A stretch of DNA of 64,000 nucleotides, taken from assembly GCA_051003155.1 (NCBI GenBank), contig JBPCLO010000012.1, positions 1 through 64,000 on the forward strand. Reading direction: 5' to 3'. A program made the position numbers and the translations under genes. Positions 9,746-19,436 of this stretch are shown here, piece by piece (position 1 is the stretch's first letter; each line of letters begins with the position of its first letter). This DNA is from Fimbriimonadales bacterium (lineage in GTDB: Bacteria; Armatimonadota; Fimbriimonadia; Fimbriimonadales; ATM1). Below the pieces are notes generated by a model. That model was given only the letters and a program-made list of their open reading frames with translations, did no database searches and was not told the origin of the DNA.

Positions 9746-11131
9746 CTATTTCTCCAGAACCATGTTCAAGTAGAACTTCATTCTCACAAATGTCCCGCCG
9801 CCGCCACCTTGCTGGCCGCCGCCGGGCTTCCCACCGGGAGCAGTTTGGCCGCCGCCCTTGCCCATAGGAATTTGATAGTTGATCGACATGCCGCCTCTGC
9901 CTCCACGGCCCCCACGGCCGCCCATGTCCATCGGCTGCGGGCCGCCGGTGTTCCCACCACCACCGCCACCCATGCCGCTGTCGCCTTGTCCGACCTTGGT
10001 GTCGGCTTCCACGATCATGTCGGAGCGGACGAGCTTGCCGGTTCTATAGGAGATCCAGGCGAGCTGCTGAAATCGGAGCTTGTCATTCTGTTTGAATTCG
10101 CGGCCCGCGAGGGAAAGGTCTTTAGAGTCCTTGTCCTTTTGGCCAAATTCCAGTTCGTAGCGGAGCTTGGCGCACGGTTCGCCGCGCTCCCACTCTACGG
10201 CTTCGAAGGTGCCTCTGGCGGGGATCTTTTCGATGGACTTCCCGGTGTTGCGAACCTCCGGGATCGTTCCTCCGCCCATGGCGATCGAAGCTTGCCAAGA
10301 GTCACCCACCTGCAACCGTTCCGTGGGAAGGATCGGCAGCGGGATGAACGCGAAAAGGTCCATTTCGACGTTGTCCGTTCCGGTGCCCTCGAAACCCCAA
10401 TAATTCGGGATGTCGCCGTATAATTCGGCGCCCGTGGTGCGAAGGATGCGATAGATGGGGGCAAATTCGTCGCTCTTGTGGACCGTGGGCTTTTCGTCGC
10501 CGGAAACGGTGGCCACAACATAGTCCTTGCCCTTGTACGGCAAGATTTGGGAGCGAACGAGGCCATATCCGCCCCGGACATCGTCGACGGCGAAGAGCAT
10601 TCGCATGCTCTCGGAGCCCAGGGGCAGCTGGGCGGCCCGCCCGCCTAGTTTATTCTGAGCCTCGGTAAGCGTGGAAACCTCTTCCCCGATCTTGACGGTG
10701 TAGACCGATCGCATGCCGGGATAAAACTTGTACCGGATAAGAGACCCGTTCGCCGGAATCGCGATGCCTGCGTTATTGCCGACGTGAACTTTAATCTCCG
10801 ACTTATCCGAAATCTGCGGCCGGCCGCCGGTATTCGCGAAGAGGCTGACGCCCACGGTGTGCCATCCGTCCGCGATCTTGTGCTTCTTGGTGTTGAGCCA
10901 ATAGATCAGGTACGTGTTCTTTGCGTTTGGCACCGGAACAGTAGCTTCCAGGAACTTGCCGTCCAGCGTGACACCGATAAAGGAACCGGCGGGTACGCTG
11001 TTTTTGGGCAGCGTGATGGGAACGGTTTCCCGAACCTTCGCGCCATCGAGGGGCTTCACAATGGTGAACGGGGCCTGCGCTAGTGCGGCAGAGCCGGCAA
11101 CGGCCAGAACGGCACAAAATAGGTTTCTCAT
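9746..11131 (-). CDS. Hypothetical secreted protein (Ig-like N-terminus, Gly-rich C-terminus)
   Basis: GGAGG SD, signal peptide, long ORF. Confidence 0.7.
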   Translation of the reverse strand: MRNLFCAVLAVAGSAALAQAPFTIVKPLDGAKVRETVPITLPKNSVPAGSFIGVTLDGKFLEATVPVPNAKNTYLIYWLNTKKHKIADGWHTVGVSLFANTGGRPQISDKSEIKVHVGNNAGIAIPANGSLIRYKFYPGMRSVYTVKIGEEVSTLTEAQNKLGGRAAQLPLGSESMRMLFAVDDVRGGYGLVRSQILPYKGKDYVVATVSGDEKPTVHKSDEFAPIYRILRTTGAELYGDIPNYWGFEGTGTDNVEMDLFAFIPLPILPTERLQVGDSWQASIAMGGGTIPEVRNTGKSIEKIPARGTFEAVEWERGEPCAKLRYELEFGQKDKDSKDLSLAGREFKQNDKLRFQQLAWISYRTGKLVRSDMIVEADTKVGQGDSGMGGGGGGNTGGPQPMDMGGRGGRGGRGGMSINYQIPMGKGGGQTAPGGKPGGGQQGGGGGTFVRMKFYLNMVLEK

Positions 11132-11297
11132 ACTGTGGTTATTCCTCCGGCAGATGACCCCAAAATCGTACCTCAGGGACCCATCCCACCGCTTACAAAG
11201 TTTGACGTGCGACAAGGGCGCAAAAGTTACGGGAATCGGCCATGAGTAAGAACTGATCCCACTGCGCTGAGGGCTATGGGATTATTGCGAGCGTCGC

Positions 11298-11708
11298 CTA
11301 CGCGATCTCCCAGTCGTTGACGACCTCGGGCTTATGCCTAAGCGTCGCCGCTACGCTGCAGTACTTGCCGTCGCTCAGCTCGATCGCGCGCTCTACCGCC
11401 GCCGGGTCGATGTCCTCACCGCCCACTATGTGCTTTATCATGATTCTTTCGAACGGCCGGGGCCATTCGCCCGCAGGTGGCCGGTCGCCGCTGATCCGGA
11501 CCTTGTAAGAAGTCACCTTCTGGCGCTTCTTTTCGAGAATGCTAATCACGTCCATCGCCGTGCACGCGGCGAGCGAAACAAGCAGTGTCTCCATGGGGGA
11601 GGGCCCCGCCGGCTCTCCGTCTTCGACGGAGTCAAATGAAAAGGAAAACCCCGACGGAGGCTCCGCGTCGAACCTCAGTCCGCCCGCCCATGCAAGTTCA
11701 GCGTCCAT
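11298..11708 (-). CDS. OsmC/YhfA family protein
   Basis: PSPMETLLVSLAACTAMDV, KYCSV. Confidence 0.92.
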   Translation of the reverse strand: MDAELAWAGGLRFDAEPPSGFSFSFDSVEDGEPAGPSPMETLLVSLAACTAMDVISILEKKRQKVTSYKVRISGDRPPAGEWPRPFERIMIKHIVGGEDIDPAAVERAIELSDGKYCSVAATLRHKPEVVNDWEIA

Positions 11709-11784
11709 GCCGTCAGTCTACCGTTGGGCTCAAGGACTTTTGCCCTAACCCGGAACTTTGAGCTCCGTTGAGAAGTTTATAAGA

Positions 11785-11856
11785 GTAGCGCATGTCCTCC
11801 TTTCCCTCTCCGGGGAAAGACAAGCCCCAGTTTTAGCCGACTGGGGCCTTTTCTTC
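11785..11856 (+). ncRNA. Candidate small RNA (anti-SD CU-rich seed, two hairpins, intrinsic terminator)
   Basis: GGAAC-N18-GTT upstream; TCCTCC; CTTTCCC/GGGAAAG stem; GCCCCAGT/ACTGGGGC plus CTTTTCTT; both flanking genes are on the - strand. Confidence 0.45.
11824..11855 (+). terminator. Intrinsic terminator (possibly bidirectional)
   Basis: 8-bp stem GCCCCAGT/ACTGGGGC followed by a T-rich tail. Confidence 0.75.
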
Positions 11857-11875
11857 AAGACTGCCGACTGCCGGT

Positions 11876-13342
11876 TTACTTAGGTATGACACCTATTTCG
11901 TTCTCTAACCGGGACTTCGCGGCCGCAAGTTCGCGCATGGCCTCGATCTGCAAGAGGTCGGCGTCGCCGAGGCCGGCCCGGCCGCCCTCCGTCAAGTGCC
12001 GCTGGAGGCCCTTTCCGGCTTGGTACAGCAAATTCATCGCCAGCCCGCGTTGTTCGTGGCTTTTTACGTGGACCAAAGGTGGGGTGACCCTATCCAAGTA
12101 CTGCATTAACGTCGAAGCCCGGAGCACCCAGGCATCCGTGCGAGTCTTGAGGCTTCCGCCCGGCTCGGATTGCGCTTCCTTGAGCAGATTCCGAAAAGAG
12201 ACCGCCATGCTTTGAATGACCGGCTCCAAGACTCCGACGTTACTTCGATATCGCTTTGTGGCGATCCCGGGTTCTTGAGACAGGCCCAACTTGCTCGCCG
12301 TTTCGAGGTCCTCTACGCTCTTGGAGAACTCTTCCGTCAGCGCGTATGCCTGGGCGCGCTTATATAGGGTCTCGGGGTCCTGCCTGATCGCGAGCGCCGC
12401 CGTGTACTGCTCGGCGGCGCGATCGAAATCGAGCCGGCCCATGAGCATGTCTCCGAAGATCGTCCTCGCCGCGGCATTCTTTGGGTACTTGGCCAGCGCC
12501 TCCTGAATTTTTTCGAACGCCTTATCCGCTTGCCCGCCGTCCATCCAGCTCTGGGCGGCGGCGATGAGGAACTCGCTGCGATCGGGCATCAGCTCATACG
12601 CCCGAGCGGCCTCATTTGCGGCCAGGAAGGGGTGCCCGGCCTGCTGCAGCGCTTCGATCAGAGCGAGTCGCGGTTCGGCGCTCATCGGATCGGCGTCGAC
12701 AGCATCGTTCAGGAACACCACGGCCTCGACGAGCTTTCCTTCGCTCAGAGCCCTTCTGCCCGACGCCAGCGGCGTGCTGTCGATTCGAACGTTCGGAGTG
12801 TGTACTGCCGACGGAGGCCCGGGATCGGGCGTCGCCAGAGAACGGGATGCGGGCAGGTCTTTAAACGGAATGGTATCGAGTTGCGCAACCCAGGTCGAAG
12901 CGATGGTCATGCTGCCGCTCACGATATCGAGCTTGCCGTTGCGTATGATCGAATATTTCGCCTTTTTGTCCCAGACGGTCCTGCCACCGCGCCCGCGATA
13001 GAGCTGGATGTCGCCCTCGATCTCGCCGCCCTTGCGTAGAACTTTACAAATCACCACATAGTCAGCACGGATTGCCCGAGAAACCTTGAAAACGTCATCT
13101 TTCTTGGCTGTCGCTTCCCATGACTTGATCGCTCCCGACCGGATAGCGGCAGCGACGGCCGGCTCGCTCATATCCCACGACACCGGCACAACCTTGCCGA
13201 CGGCGTCGAGGCCACTGGCAATCTGCTTGACGACGGGAAGGTTGTTGTCCTTATCGGTGAACTCCAGAACCATGTCCTGGTAGATGAGGACAGAGGGCTT
13301 CGCTGGAGCAAGCGCCAGAGCCGCGATCAGAGGAAGCATCAT
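11876..13342 (-). CDS. Secreted tetratricopeptide-repeat protein
   Basis: Signal peptide and multiple TPR-like helical repeats; ATGA overlap with the upstream gene. Confidence 0.8.
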   Translation of the reverse strand: MMLPLIAALALAPAKPSVLIYQDMVLEFTDKDNNLPVVKQIASGLDAVGKVVPVSWDMSEPAVAAAIRSGAIKSWEATAKKDDVFKVSRAIRADYVVICKVLRKGGEIEGDIQLYRGRGGRTVWDKKAKYSIIRNGKLDIVSGSMTIASTWVAQLDTIPFKDLPASRSLATPDPGPPSAVHTPNVRIDSTPLASGRRALSEGKLVEAVVFLNDAVDADPMSAEPRLALIEALQQAGHPFLAANEAARAYELMPDRSEFLIAAAQSWMDGGQADKAFEKIQEALAKYPKNAAARTIFGDMLMGRLDFDRAAEQYTAALAIRQDPETLYKRAQAYALTEEFSKSVEDLETASKLGLSQEPGIATKRYRSNVGVLEPVIQSMAVSFRNLLKEAQSEPGGSLKTRTDAWVLRASTLMQYLDRVTPPLVHVKSHEQRGLAMNLLYQAGKGLQRHLTEGGRAGLGDADLLQIEAMRELAAAKSRLENEIGVIPK

Positions 13343-14463
13343 CCCAGGAGGTCGAGTTCCCGCCGGCAAGCTTTCGCCTCGTTCTCCGCCCCAGCTTTCT
13401 CGTACATGGATAGAGCGGTTTGGAAGTGCTGCCGCGCGCTACCAGTCTCGCCGACCCGTGCATGGCAACGCCCGATAAACTGGTGGATCAGAGCTGGGCG
13501 GCTACTACCGGCGAGGGAGGCGGTAAAGTCTCGAATAGCGCCCCGATAGTCTCCCGAAGCCATCTTGTTCTGAGCCACGCGGTAGATGTTCTCGCTCACG
13601 GCGGGCTCGGAGCGGCTCGCCGGCCCGCTTTCGGCAATTTCGATCCTGCCGACGCTCCTAGGCTTAGGGCGTGGCTTTGCTCCAGCGGACGCGGGAGCCG
13701 TCGATGCTGCAGTCGGTTCGCTCCGGCCGGTCGCAGGCAACTTGCCTTCGTTCGTGGGCACGATTTCGAGCGGCACGCTCAGTGGCGCGACCGATCGCAT
13801 CGGATTTGGAATCACCGAACGTCGCCCAAACGCGTTTGGGCGCGCAGCCGGTAGTTCACCGGACGCGCCGGCACCGGTGTTTGCTGGAAGCGTCTGCTTA
13901 GGCTGCGTCCCCTGCGAAGGAAGTTCAAATCCGGAAGCTTTGTAGGAGTTGCCGCTTAAAAGTGCCTCTTTCCGAGGCTCCTCCGAGTCTTTGGGCAGGG
14001 CGAGCATGATGCCGACCGCCGAAACCGCCGCAGCTGCTCCGAGGGCACACAGAATCGCGACCATGGTGCGACGCTGATCGGCAGGGGTTTCGGCCGCGCC
14101 CTCCGTTGACCGTCTCAACTGGTTCAGCTTGATTTGGTCGAGCGTCGATTCGGGCCTCAGCCGCGCGACCTCCTCGTAAGCGGCAATCGCAGATACCATA
14201 TCGCCCTTGTGTTCGAAGCACATGCCCCTAAGAACGTGTGCGCCGGCCCCATCGGGGAAGGTCGCGAGGATCGAATCCGCGACAAATAGGGCTTCCTCCA
14301 TCCGGTGCTCGTGGATCAGCCTGTAGCCGTCCTTTAGCAATTCTTCGACGTCTTCGGCCTTGACGCTTGCCTCGGGGAGGGCCAACTTCACACCGCAGGA
14401 CTTGCAGAATTTGCTATCCGGGGAGTTGCTTGTTTTGCAGGTTGTGCAACTGATTGCTTCCAT
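13339..14463 (-). CDS. Zinc-ribbon + TPR membrane-anchored protein
   Basis: CTTC...FCKSCG, TPRs, central TM helix, C-terminal TPR. Confidence 0.8.
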   Translation of the reverse strand: MEAISCTTCKTSNSPDSKFCKSCGVKLALPEASVKAEDVEELLKDGYRLIHEHRMEEALFVADSILATFPDGAGAHVLRGMCFEHKGDMVSAIAAYEEVARLRPESTLDQIKLNQLRRSTEGAAETPADQRRTMVAILCALGAAAAVSAVGIMLALPKDSEEPRKEALLSGNSYKASGFELPSQGTQPKQTLPANTGAGASGELPAARPNAFGRRSVIPNPMRSVAPLSVPLEIVPTNEGKLPATGRSEPTAASTAPASAGAKPRPKPRSVGRIEIAESGPASRSEPAVSENIYRVAQNKMASGDYRGAIRDFTASLAGSSRPALIHQFIGRCHARVGETGSARQHFQTALSMYEKAGAENEAKACRRELDLLG

Positions 14464-14573
14464 TTTCGAACCATTAGACGCGTCCACGCGCGGTAATGTT
14501 AAGTATAACTCTCAAAAACTAAGCGCCCAAGTAGAAGGAATCGCGTTGCGTCCCGGCGAATGGTATTCACACT

Positions 14574-15461
14574 ATGAAAGGAGTTGTTCTTCCCCTATGC
14601 GCGGCTACGTCTGCCCTTCTCGCCGGTTGTTCCGGGTCGGGCGGCGGCGGCGGCGGCCTGCCACCCTCGCGGATCGTATTTTCTTCCGATAGGGAGGGTA
14701 GCGTCGCGGTCTTCGCGATGGACGCCAACGGTGCTAATGTTCTTCGTCTTACCGACCCAGTTGCGTCGAACCGAATGCCATCGCTGTCGCTAGACGGACA
14801 GACGGTCGTTTTCGTGAGCGAGCGAGACGGAAATCAGGAAATCTACAGCATGAACGTCGACGGCACGAATCAGACGCGCCTGACAAATGATGCCGCCGCC
14901 GACTTCAATCCATCTTTTAGCCGCGATGGCACCAAGATACTTTTCGATTCGGAAAGAACTGGAAACGCCGAGGTCTTCGTAATGGCCTCCGACGGCCAGA
15001 ATCCTGTCAATCTGTCCGTCAGCGCCCAAACAGACGGCGCAGCCAAGTTCAGTCCCGCCGGCACACAAATCGTCTTCCACTCGAATCGGACCGGCCAGTT
15101 CGAAATATGGGCCATGGATAGCGACGGCGGACGGCAGTTTCCCCTAACGGACGGCGCCGACTCGTTCGATGCATTTCCATCGTACAGCCCCAACGGCGCG
15201 AAGATCGTCTACAACTCGAAGATCGGAGCCGACGACAGCGAAATCTTCGTTATGAACGTGGACGGCAGCTCGCAGGCACCCCTCACGAATAACTTGGAGC
15301 CTGACAGCAACGCTGAGTATTCGCCGGACGGCCTGAAGATCGTGTTCGAAGGTTTGCGTGCCGGAAACTGGGACATTTGGTTGATGGACGCAGCCGGCGG
15401 AAACGAGGTCAACCTCACCAACGACTCAGGGAATGACACCGAACCTTCCGCTGGAACATAG
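14574..15461 (+). CDS. TolB-like PD40 beta-propeller lipoprotein
   Basis: Lipobox LAGC; repeated PSFSxDGxxIVFxSxRxGNxEIxxM. Confidence 0.88.
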   Translation: MKGVVLPLCAATSALLAGCSGSGGGGGGLPPSRIVFSSDREGSVAVFAMDANGANVLRLTDPVASNRMPSLSLDGQTVVFVSERDGNQEIYSMNVDGTNQTRLTNDAAADFNPSFSRDGTKILFDSERTGNAEVFVMASDGQNPVNLSVSAQTDGAAKFSPAGTQIVFHSNRTGQFEIWAMDSDGGRQFPLTDGADSFDAFPSYSPNGAKIVYNSKIGADDSEIFVMNVDGSSQAPLTNNLEPDSNAEYSPDGLKIVFEGLRAGNWDIWLMDAAGGNEVNLTNDSGNDTEPSAGT

Positions 15462-15484
15462 ACCTTAAGCCGGTTCCGTCACGG

Positions 15485-16228
15485 TTATCCCATGACCATA
15501 AGGCGGAGGTCTGAATACGTCACCTCCATGAGCCTCTCCAAGTTGATCACATCCTCTTTGTTGTATTGGAGCAGCGTGTCGAGGGCCGACTCTTTGCCGC
15601 GCAGATAGTTCCGCCACAGTAAAATCGCGTCGCGCCCGGTCAAGCCGCGCGTCTCCGAGCTGCGTTCGATTCCTAACTGGTGCTCGATGCTCTTTAAGCC
15701 ACCCCGATAGCCGAGGCGGCGCATCGTGGGGCACAAGTCGATATGCAACTGATCTAGTTCAATGCTCGGGAACTCCCGCGCCAGCATCGGCATGTCGAAA
15801 CCCGAGCCGAAGAACGTGACGACGGTGCTGTACATACTGATCGCGTCGGGAAACTCTGCGAGGTTTTCACCCTTGATAAATGGCTTGTAGGTAACTCCGT
15901 CGTAGAGCCCGACCATGGTAATCGTGTCCTCGCGAAAGCTGCCCTCCGTCTCGATGTCGAGGTACACCAGGCTGTCCCGAAATTCCGGAAAAGCGCGCCA
16001 GTGCTCGCGCCTCGGGAGGCGGTTCGTGAAGTATTGATGCACACCATGGTCGAGCGCCTTCACGCTTGCGGTGACCGACTTCTCTACTTTCGCGATATCG
16101 GCCTTCTCGGCGACAAAGCGCTTCGGATCGTCCAAGAAATCCCGCCAACTGAGGGCGCCCTGCTCCCAAAGGGAACGCTCCGACTTAGCATCGATTCCGC
16201 GCACGTGGATATAGGTAGAGGTAAGCAA
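15485..16228 (-). CDS. RNase H-like 3'-5' exonuclease (YprB/MrfB family)
   Basis: YLDIETEG, FDMPML, GGLKSIE, YNKEDV. Confidence 0.88.
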   Translation of the reverse strand: MLTSTYIHVRGIDAKSERSLWEQGALSWRDFLDDPKRFVAEKADIAKVEKSVTASVKALDHGVHQYFTNRLPRREHWRAFPEFRDSLVYLDIETEGSFREDTITMVGLYDGVTYKPFIKGENLAEFPDAISMYSTVVTFFGSGFDMPMLAREFPSIELDQLHIDLCPTMRRLGYRGGLKSIEHQLGIERSSETRGLTGRDAILLWRNYLRGKESALDTLLQYNKEDVINLERLMEVTYSDLRLMVMG

Positions 16229-16309
16229 CCATCTACACTTTATTCGATGTCTGAGTAACTTGGCGCGGAACGGACGTCTAACCTAAGTCCGTACTCAAAG
16301 AGCGCAATT

Positions 16310-16885
16310 ATGATCACCTCCCTTGTCGCCGCCTTATCGTTGTTTGCCTCACTGCAGGAGCCTGCCTTTCCCAAGGGCCCGCTGGGGATTGCCCAAATAA
16401 TCGACACTAACGGCTCGATCACAGCTGTGAACTCGAAGGCCGGCAAGGCGATAGTGCTCTTGTTTGTCGCAGTCGATTGTCCGATCTCGAACCGGTATGC
16501 CCCCGAGATCGCCCGTATCGTCGACGAATACGGCCGGAAGCGACTCAAATTCTTCCGTGTTTACGTCGACGCATCCGTGACAAGTAACCAAATCGCGTTG
16601 CACGGCAAGGATTTCAGCCTCAAGTTTCCTGCCGTTCTCGATTATGAACACGATCTGGTGCGAAAGGTCGGTGCAAGTGTGACTCCGCAAGCGGCCGTCA
16701 TCGGCGGGGACGGAACCCTCCTCTACCGGGGCAGGATCGACGATCTGTATTCCGATCACGGACGATTCAAAGAGAAGGCCACGCGGCTAGACCTGCGCAT
16801 TGCCCTGGACGAAGTCCTCGCCGGCAAGCCTGTAACCGAAAAGCGATCGCTGGCCATCGGCTGCGGCATTCCCGACCTGCCGTAA
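16310..16885 (+). CDS. Secreted redoxin (AhpC/TSA-like thioredoxin fold)
   Basis: DCPISNRY, TPQAAV, YRGRIDD, IGC. Confidence 0.88.
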   Translation: MITSLVAALSLFASLQEPAFPKGPLGIAQIIDTNGSITAVNSKAGKAIVLLFVAVDCPISNRYAPEIARIVDEYGRKRLKFFRVYVDASVTSNQIALHGKDFSLKFPAVLDYEHDLVRKVGASVTPQAAVIGGDGTLLYRGRIDDLYSDHGRFKEKATRLDLRIALDEVLAGKPVTEKRSLAIGCGIPDLP

Positions 16886-16898
16886 CGTCCTCATTCCG

Positions 16899-17825
16899 AT
16901 GCGGAAACCAACTGCGATCGCGCCCGGTGACACGGTGGCTATCGTCTCACCTGCCAGCGCCTGCGTCGAATCGAATCTCGCTAACGGCATAAAGCTGCTC
17001 GAATACCGCGGATACAACCTGGTGTTCGGCAAAGCTTGCTACGACAGATGCGGATTTCTCGCAGGAGCCGACGAGGCACGCGCACGGGATATCCACGAGG
17101 CGTGGTTCGACCCGGAGATCAAAGGCATCGTTTGCTCTCGAGGAGGCTACGGGGCAGCCCGCCTTATGCCGCTGTTGGATCTCGACCGCATGGCGGCTAC
17201 CCCAAAGTTGTTCGCGGGTTTTAGCGACATTACGACCCTGCACCTCGCCCTCAACCACCGAGGGCTCGCGACCCTGCACGCTCCAATGGTCTACTCTTTC
17301 GCCAAAGAGCGCCCCGCATGGGTAGCTGAAATGTGGTTCGACGCTTTCGAAGGCAATGGGCCTATCGCCTTGCCTGAAGGCGCGAGCCGTGGAAAGACAT
17401 TGAACGAAGGTTCGGTGGAAGGGGAGATAACAGGCGGATGCCTTTGCCTCCTATGCGACAGCTTGGCCACAGCCGATCCGCTCGACGCCGAAGGCAAGAT
17501 TGTGCTTGTTGAGGACGTCGATGAGCCGCCGCACCGCGTCGACGCCATGCTCACTCACCTCCTCAATGCGGGCGTTTTACAACGCGCAGCCGGTATCGTT
17601 GTGGGGGAGATGACGGGGACCGACGCAAAGACGGACGAGGGAATCGGGGGAATACCGTGGCGCGAGATTGTGGCGGAACGCCTATGCGGCCTAGACGTTC
17701 CGATAGTTATAGATTTTCCTTTCGGGCACCAAGACCAGATGTCCAGTCTCCCTCTCGGCATACGCGCGCGTCTCGACGCGGACGCTGGTGAATTAACTTA
17801 CTTAGAACTTGGGGTGGAAAGATGA
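16899..17825 (+). CDS. LD-carboxypeptidase (peptidase S66)
   Basis: RGGYGA, GFSDIT, EDVDE, FGH catalytic motifs. Confidence 0.93.
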   Translation: MRKPTAIAPGDTVAIVSPASACVESNLANGIKLLEYRGYNLVFGKACYDRCGFLAGADEARARDIHEAWFDPEIKGIVCSRGGYGAARLMPLLDLDRMAATPKLFAGFSDITTLHLALNHRGLATLHAPMVYSFAKERPAWVAEMWFDAFEGNGPIALPEGASRGKTLNEGSVEGEITGGCLCLLCDSLATADPLDAEGKIVLVEDVDEPPHRVDAMLTHLLNAGVLQRAAGIVVGEMTGTDAKTDEGIGGIPWREIVAERLCGLDVPIVIDFPFGHQDQMSSLPLGIRARLDADAGELTYLELGVER

Positions 17826-19192
17826 TTGTCCTCGCAGCAGCCGCCGCGCTTGCCTCTGCCAACGTGGCGAGGCCTGCCGAAAGGTGGACAAAGACCGTGC
17901 GTCCCGGCATCACCTATATCCAGGAAATCAGCGCCGACGCTCCCCTCATTGTCCACGCTTTGAAGTTTAAGTTTCCGGCTGCGGGCATCCGTCTTGAAAG
18001 CCGCATCGCCAACGATGACGTATACGGCCGCGACGAATCGAGCTCCCGCGAGACTGTGGAGCAGACGGCTCGCCGAACGGGTGCGTTCGCTGCGGTAAAT
18101 GCAGATTTCTTCGGCTGGGACGGCGATCCGCTGGGCATGATGATGACGGCCGGAGAGCTGGTCAGCGAGCCGTACGTCCCGCGCTCGGCGGTGGCATGGT
18201 CCGATGGCGGCCTGCTGTTCGACTCCCCCCGCTGGAGTGGCAGCCTGATGCTGATCGACGGCACCTCTTTCGCCATCGACGGGGTGAACCGCAGCGCCAG
18301 GGACAACGAAATCATCGTGAACACAAGAAGGGCCGGTGTGGCGTCCTCCAAGCAGCCGTGCTACGCGTTTGTTTTCGAACCGACCATGCCTATCGCACTG
18401 GGAGCGACCACGCCGGTCAAGCTCAAGAACATATTTCCGGAAACCTACAATTTGCCTGTAGCCGAGAATCAAATCATCCTCATGGTAACGGCACGTCGGT
18501 ATAAGCCAATGGTTGGCCATTTCCACGTCGGCTTGGTTTATGAGATACGCTTGAGCGTCAGCGGCCAGATCGAGTGGAGGGCCATGAAGGAAGCCGCCGG
18601 TGGCGGTCCCAGGCTCGTGAAAGGCGGGCAGCCCTACCTCACCAACCTCTACGAGAAGTTCGACAGCGGATACGCGAAACGACACCCGCGAACCGCGATT
18701 GGATACACTGCTTCCGACGAGGCGATCATCTGTGTGGTCGAAGGCCGATCCAGCCTCTCGCGCGGCGTTACGCTCGACGAATTGGCGCTCCTCATGATTA
18801 AACTCGGCTGCTCCGACGCGATGAACCTCGACGGCGGCGGCAGCTCGACGATGTACTTGGGCGGCGTTGTTGTCAACCGTCTAAGCGACGGCGCGGCTCG
18901 CCGCGTCGCGAGTACTTTGCTCTTGTACGCTCCTCAAGCTGCCGCTCCTTCGACGCAAATCAGCATCGTGGCCAAGCCCGGCGACGTCCGCCCAGGTGAC
19001 ACAACGACGATGAAGCTCATCGACGGCGTCGGCGTCGCAATTCCCGACCAAGAAGTCGTTTGGTCGTGCACGAGCGGCTCAGGCTGGATCGACGCCGGCG
19101 GGACGTTTCGGGCGCTGTCCTCAGGAACGGCCCGCGTGAAAGCCATCGCCCGTGGCGCAGAAGCCTCGGTGGATATCCGAATTTCCGAGTAA
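17822..19192 (+). CDS. Phosphodiester glycosidase (NAGPA/DUF2233) family protein
   Basis: NADFF, GGGPRL, HPRTAIG, AMNLDGGGSS. Confidence 0.92.
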   Translation: MIVLAAAAALASANVARPAERWTKTVRPGITYIQEISADAPLIVHALKFKFPAAGIRLESRIANDDVYGRDESSSRETVEQTARRTGAFAAVNADFFGWDGDPLGMMMTAGELVSEPYVPRSAVAWSDGGLLFDSPRWSGSLMLIDGTSFAIDGVNRSARDNEIIVNTRRAGVASSKQPCYAFVFEPTMPIALGATTPVKLKNIFPETYNLPVAENQIILMVTARRYKPMVGHFHVGLVYEIRLSVSGQIEWRAMKEAAGGGPRLVKGGQPYLTNLYEKFDSGYAKRHPRTAIGYTASDEAIICVVEGRSSLSRGVTLDELALLMIKLGCSDAMNLDGGGSSTMYLGGVVVNRLSDGAARRVASTLLLYAPQAAAPSTQISIVAKPGDVRPGDTTTMKLIDGVGVAIPDQEVVWSCTSGSGWIDAGGTFRALSSGTARVKAIARGAEASVDIRISE

Positions 19193-19268
19193 TCTGCGAT
19201 TTTTGGAACCCCGGCCCGGTCCTTTTCTGTATCCCTTCTTGGACACACATCCAAGTGCCTGCCTGCAC

Positions 19269-19306
19269 AAAGGGTCCGGTCGCGAGACCGGGCCTTTCCT
19301 CTTTTT
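19269..19306 (+). terminator. Intrinsic terminator
   Basis: GGTCCGGTC-GCGA-GACCGGGCC stem, then TTTCCTCTTTTT. Confidence 0.75.
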
Positions 19307-19436
19307 GCGCCCAGAAACCGACCGCCGATTATCGATTCCTTTGGAGGGCGAAGCTATACCAGCCGAACCCCAGCGCGGACTCTGTCTCTGTTAGGCAGTT
19401 GTCAGTCGATAACGGCCCGGGTATTCTCAAACTTCC

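Noticed and set aside
11713..11793. 26-codon - strand ORF (MRYSYKLL...) after AAGGAGG
   Set aside because: SD-to-ATG spacing is only 2 nt; the motif is better explained as an anti-SD on the + strand
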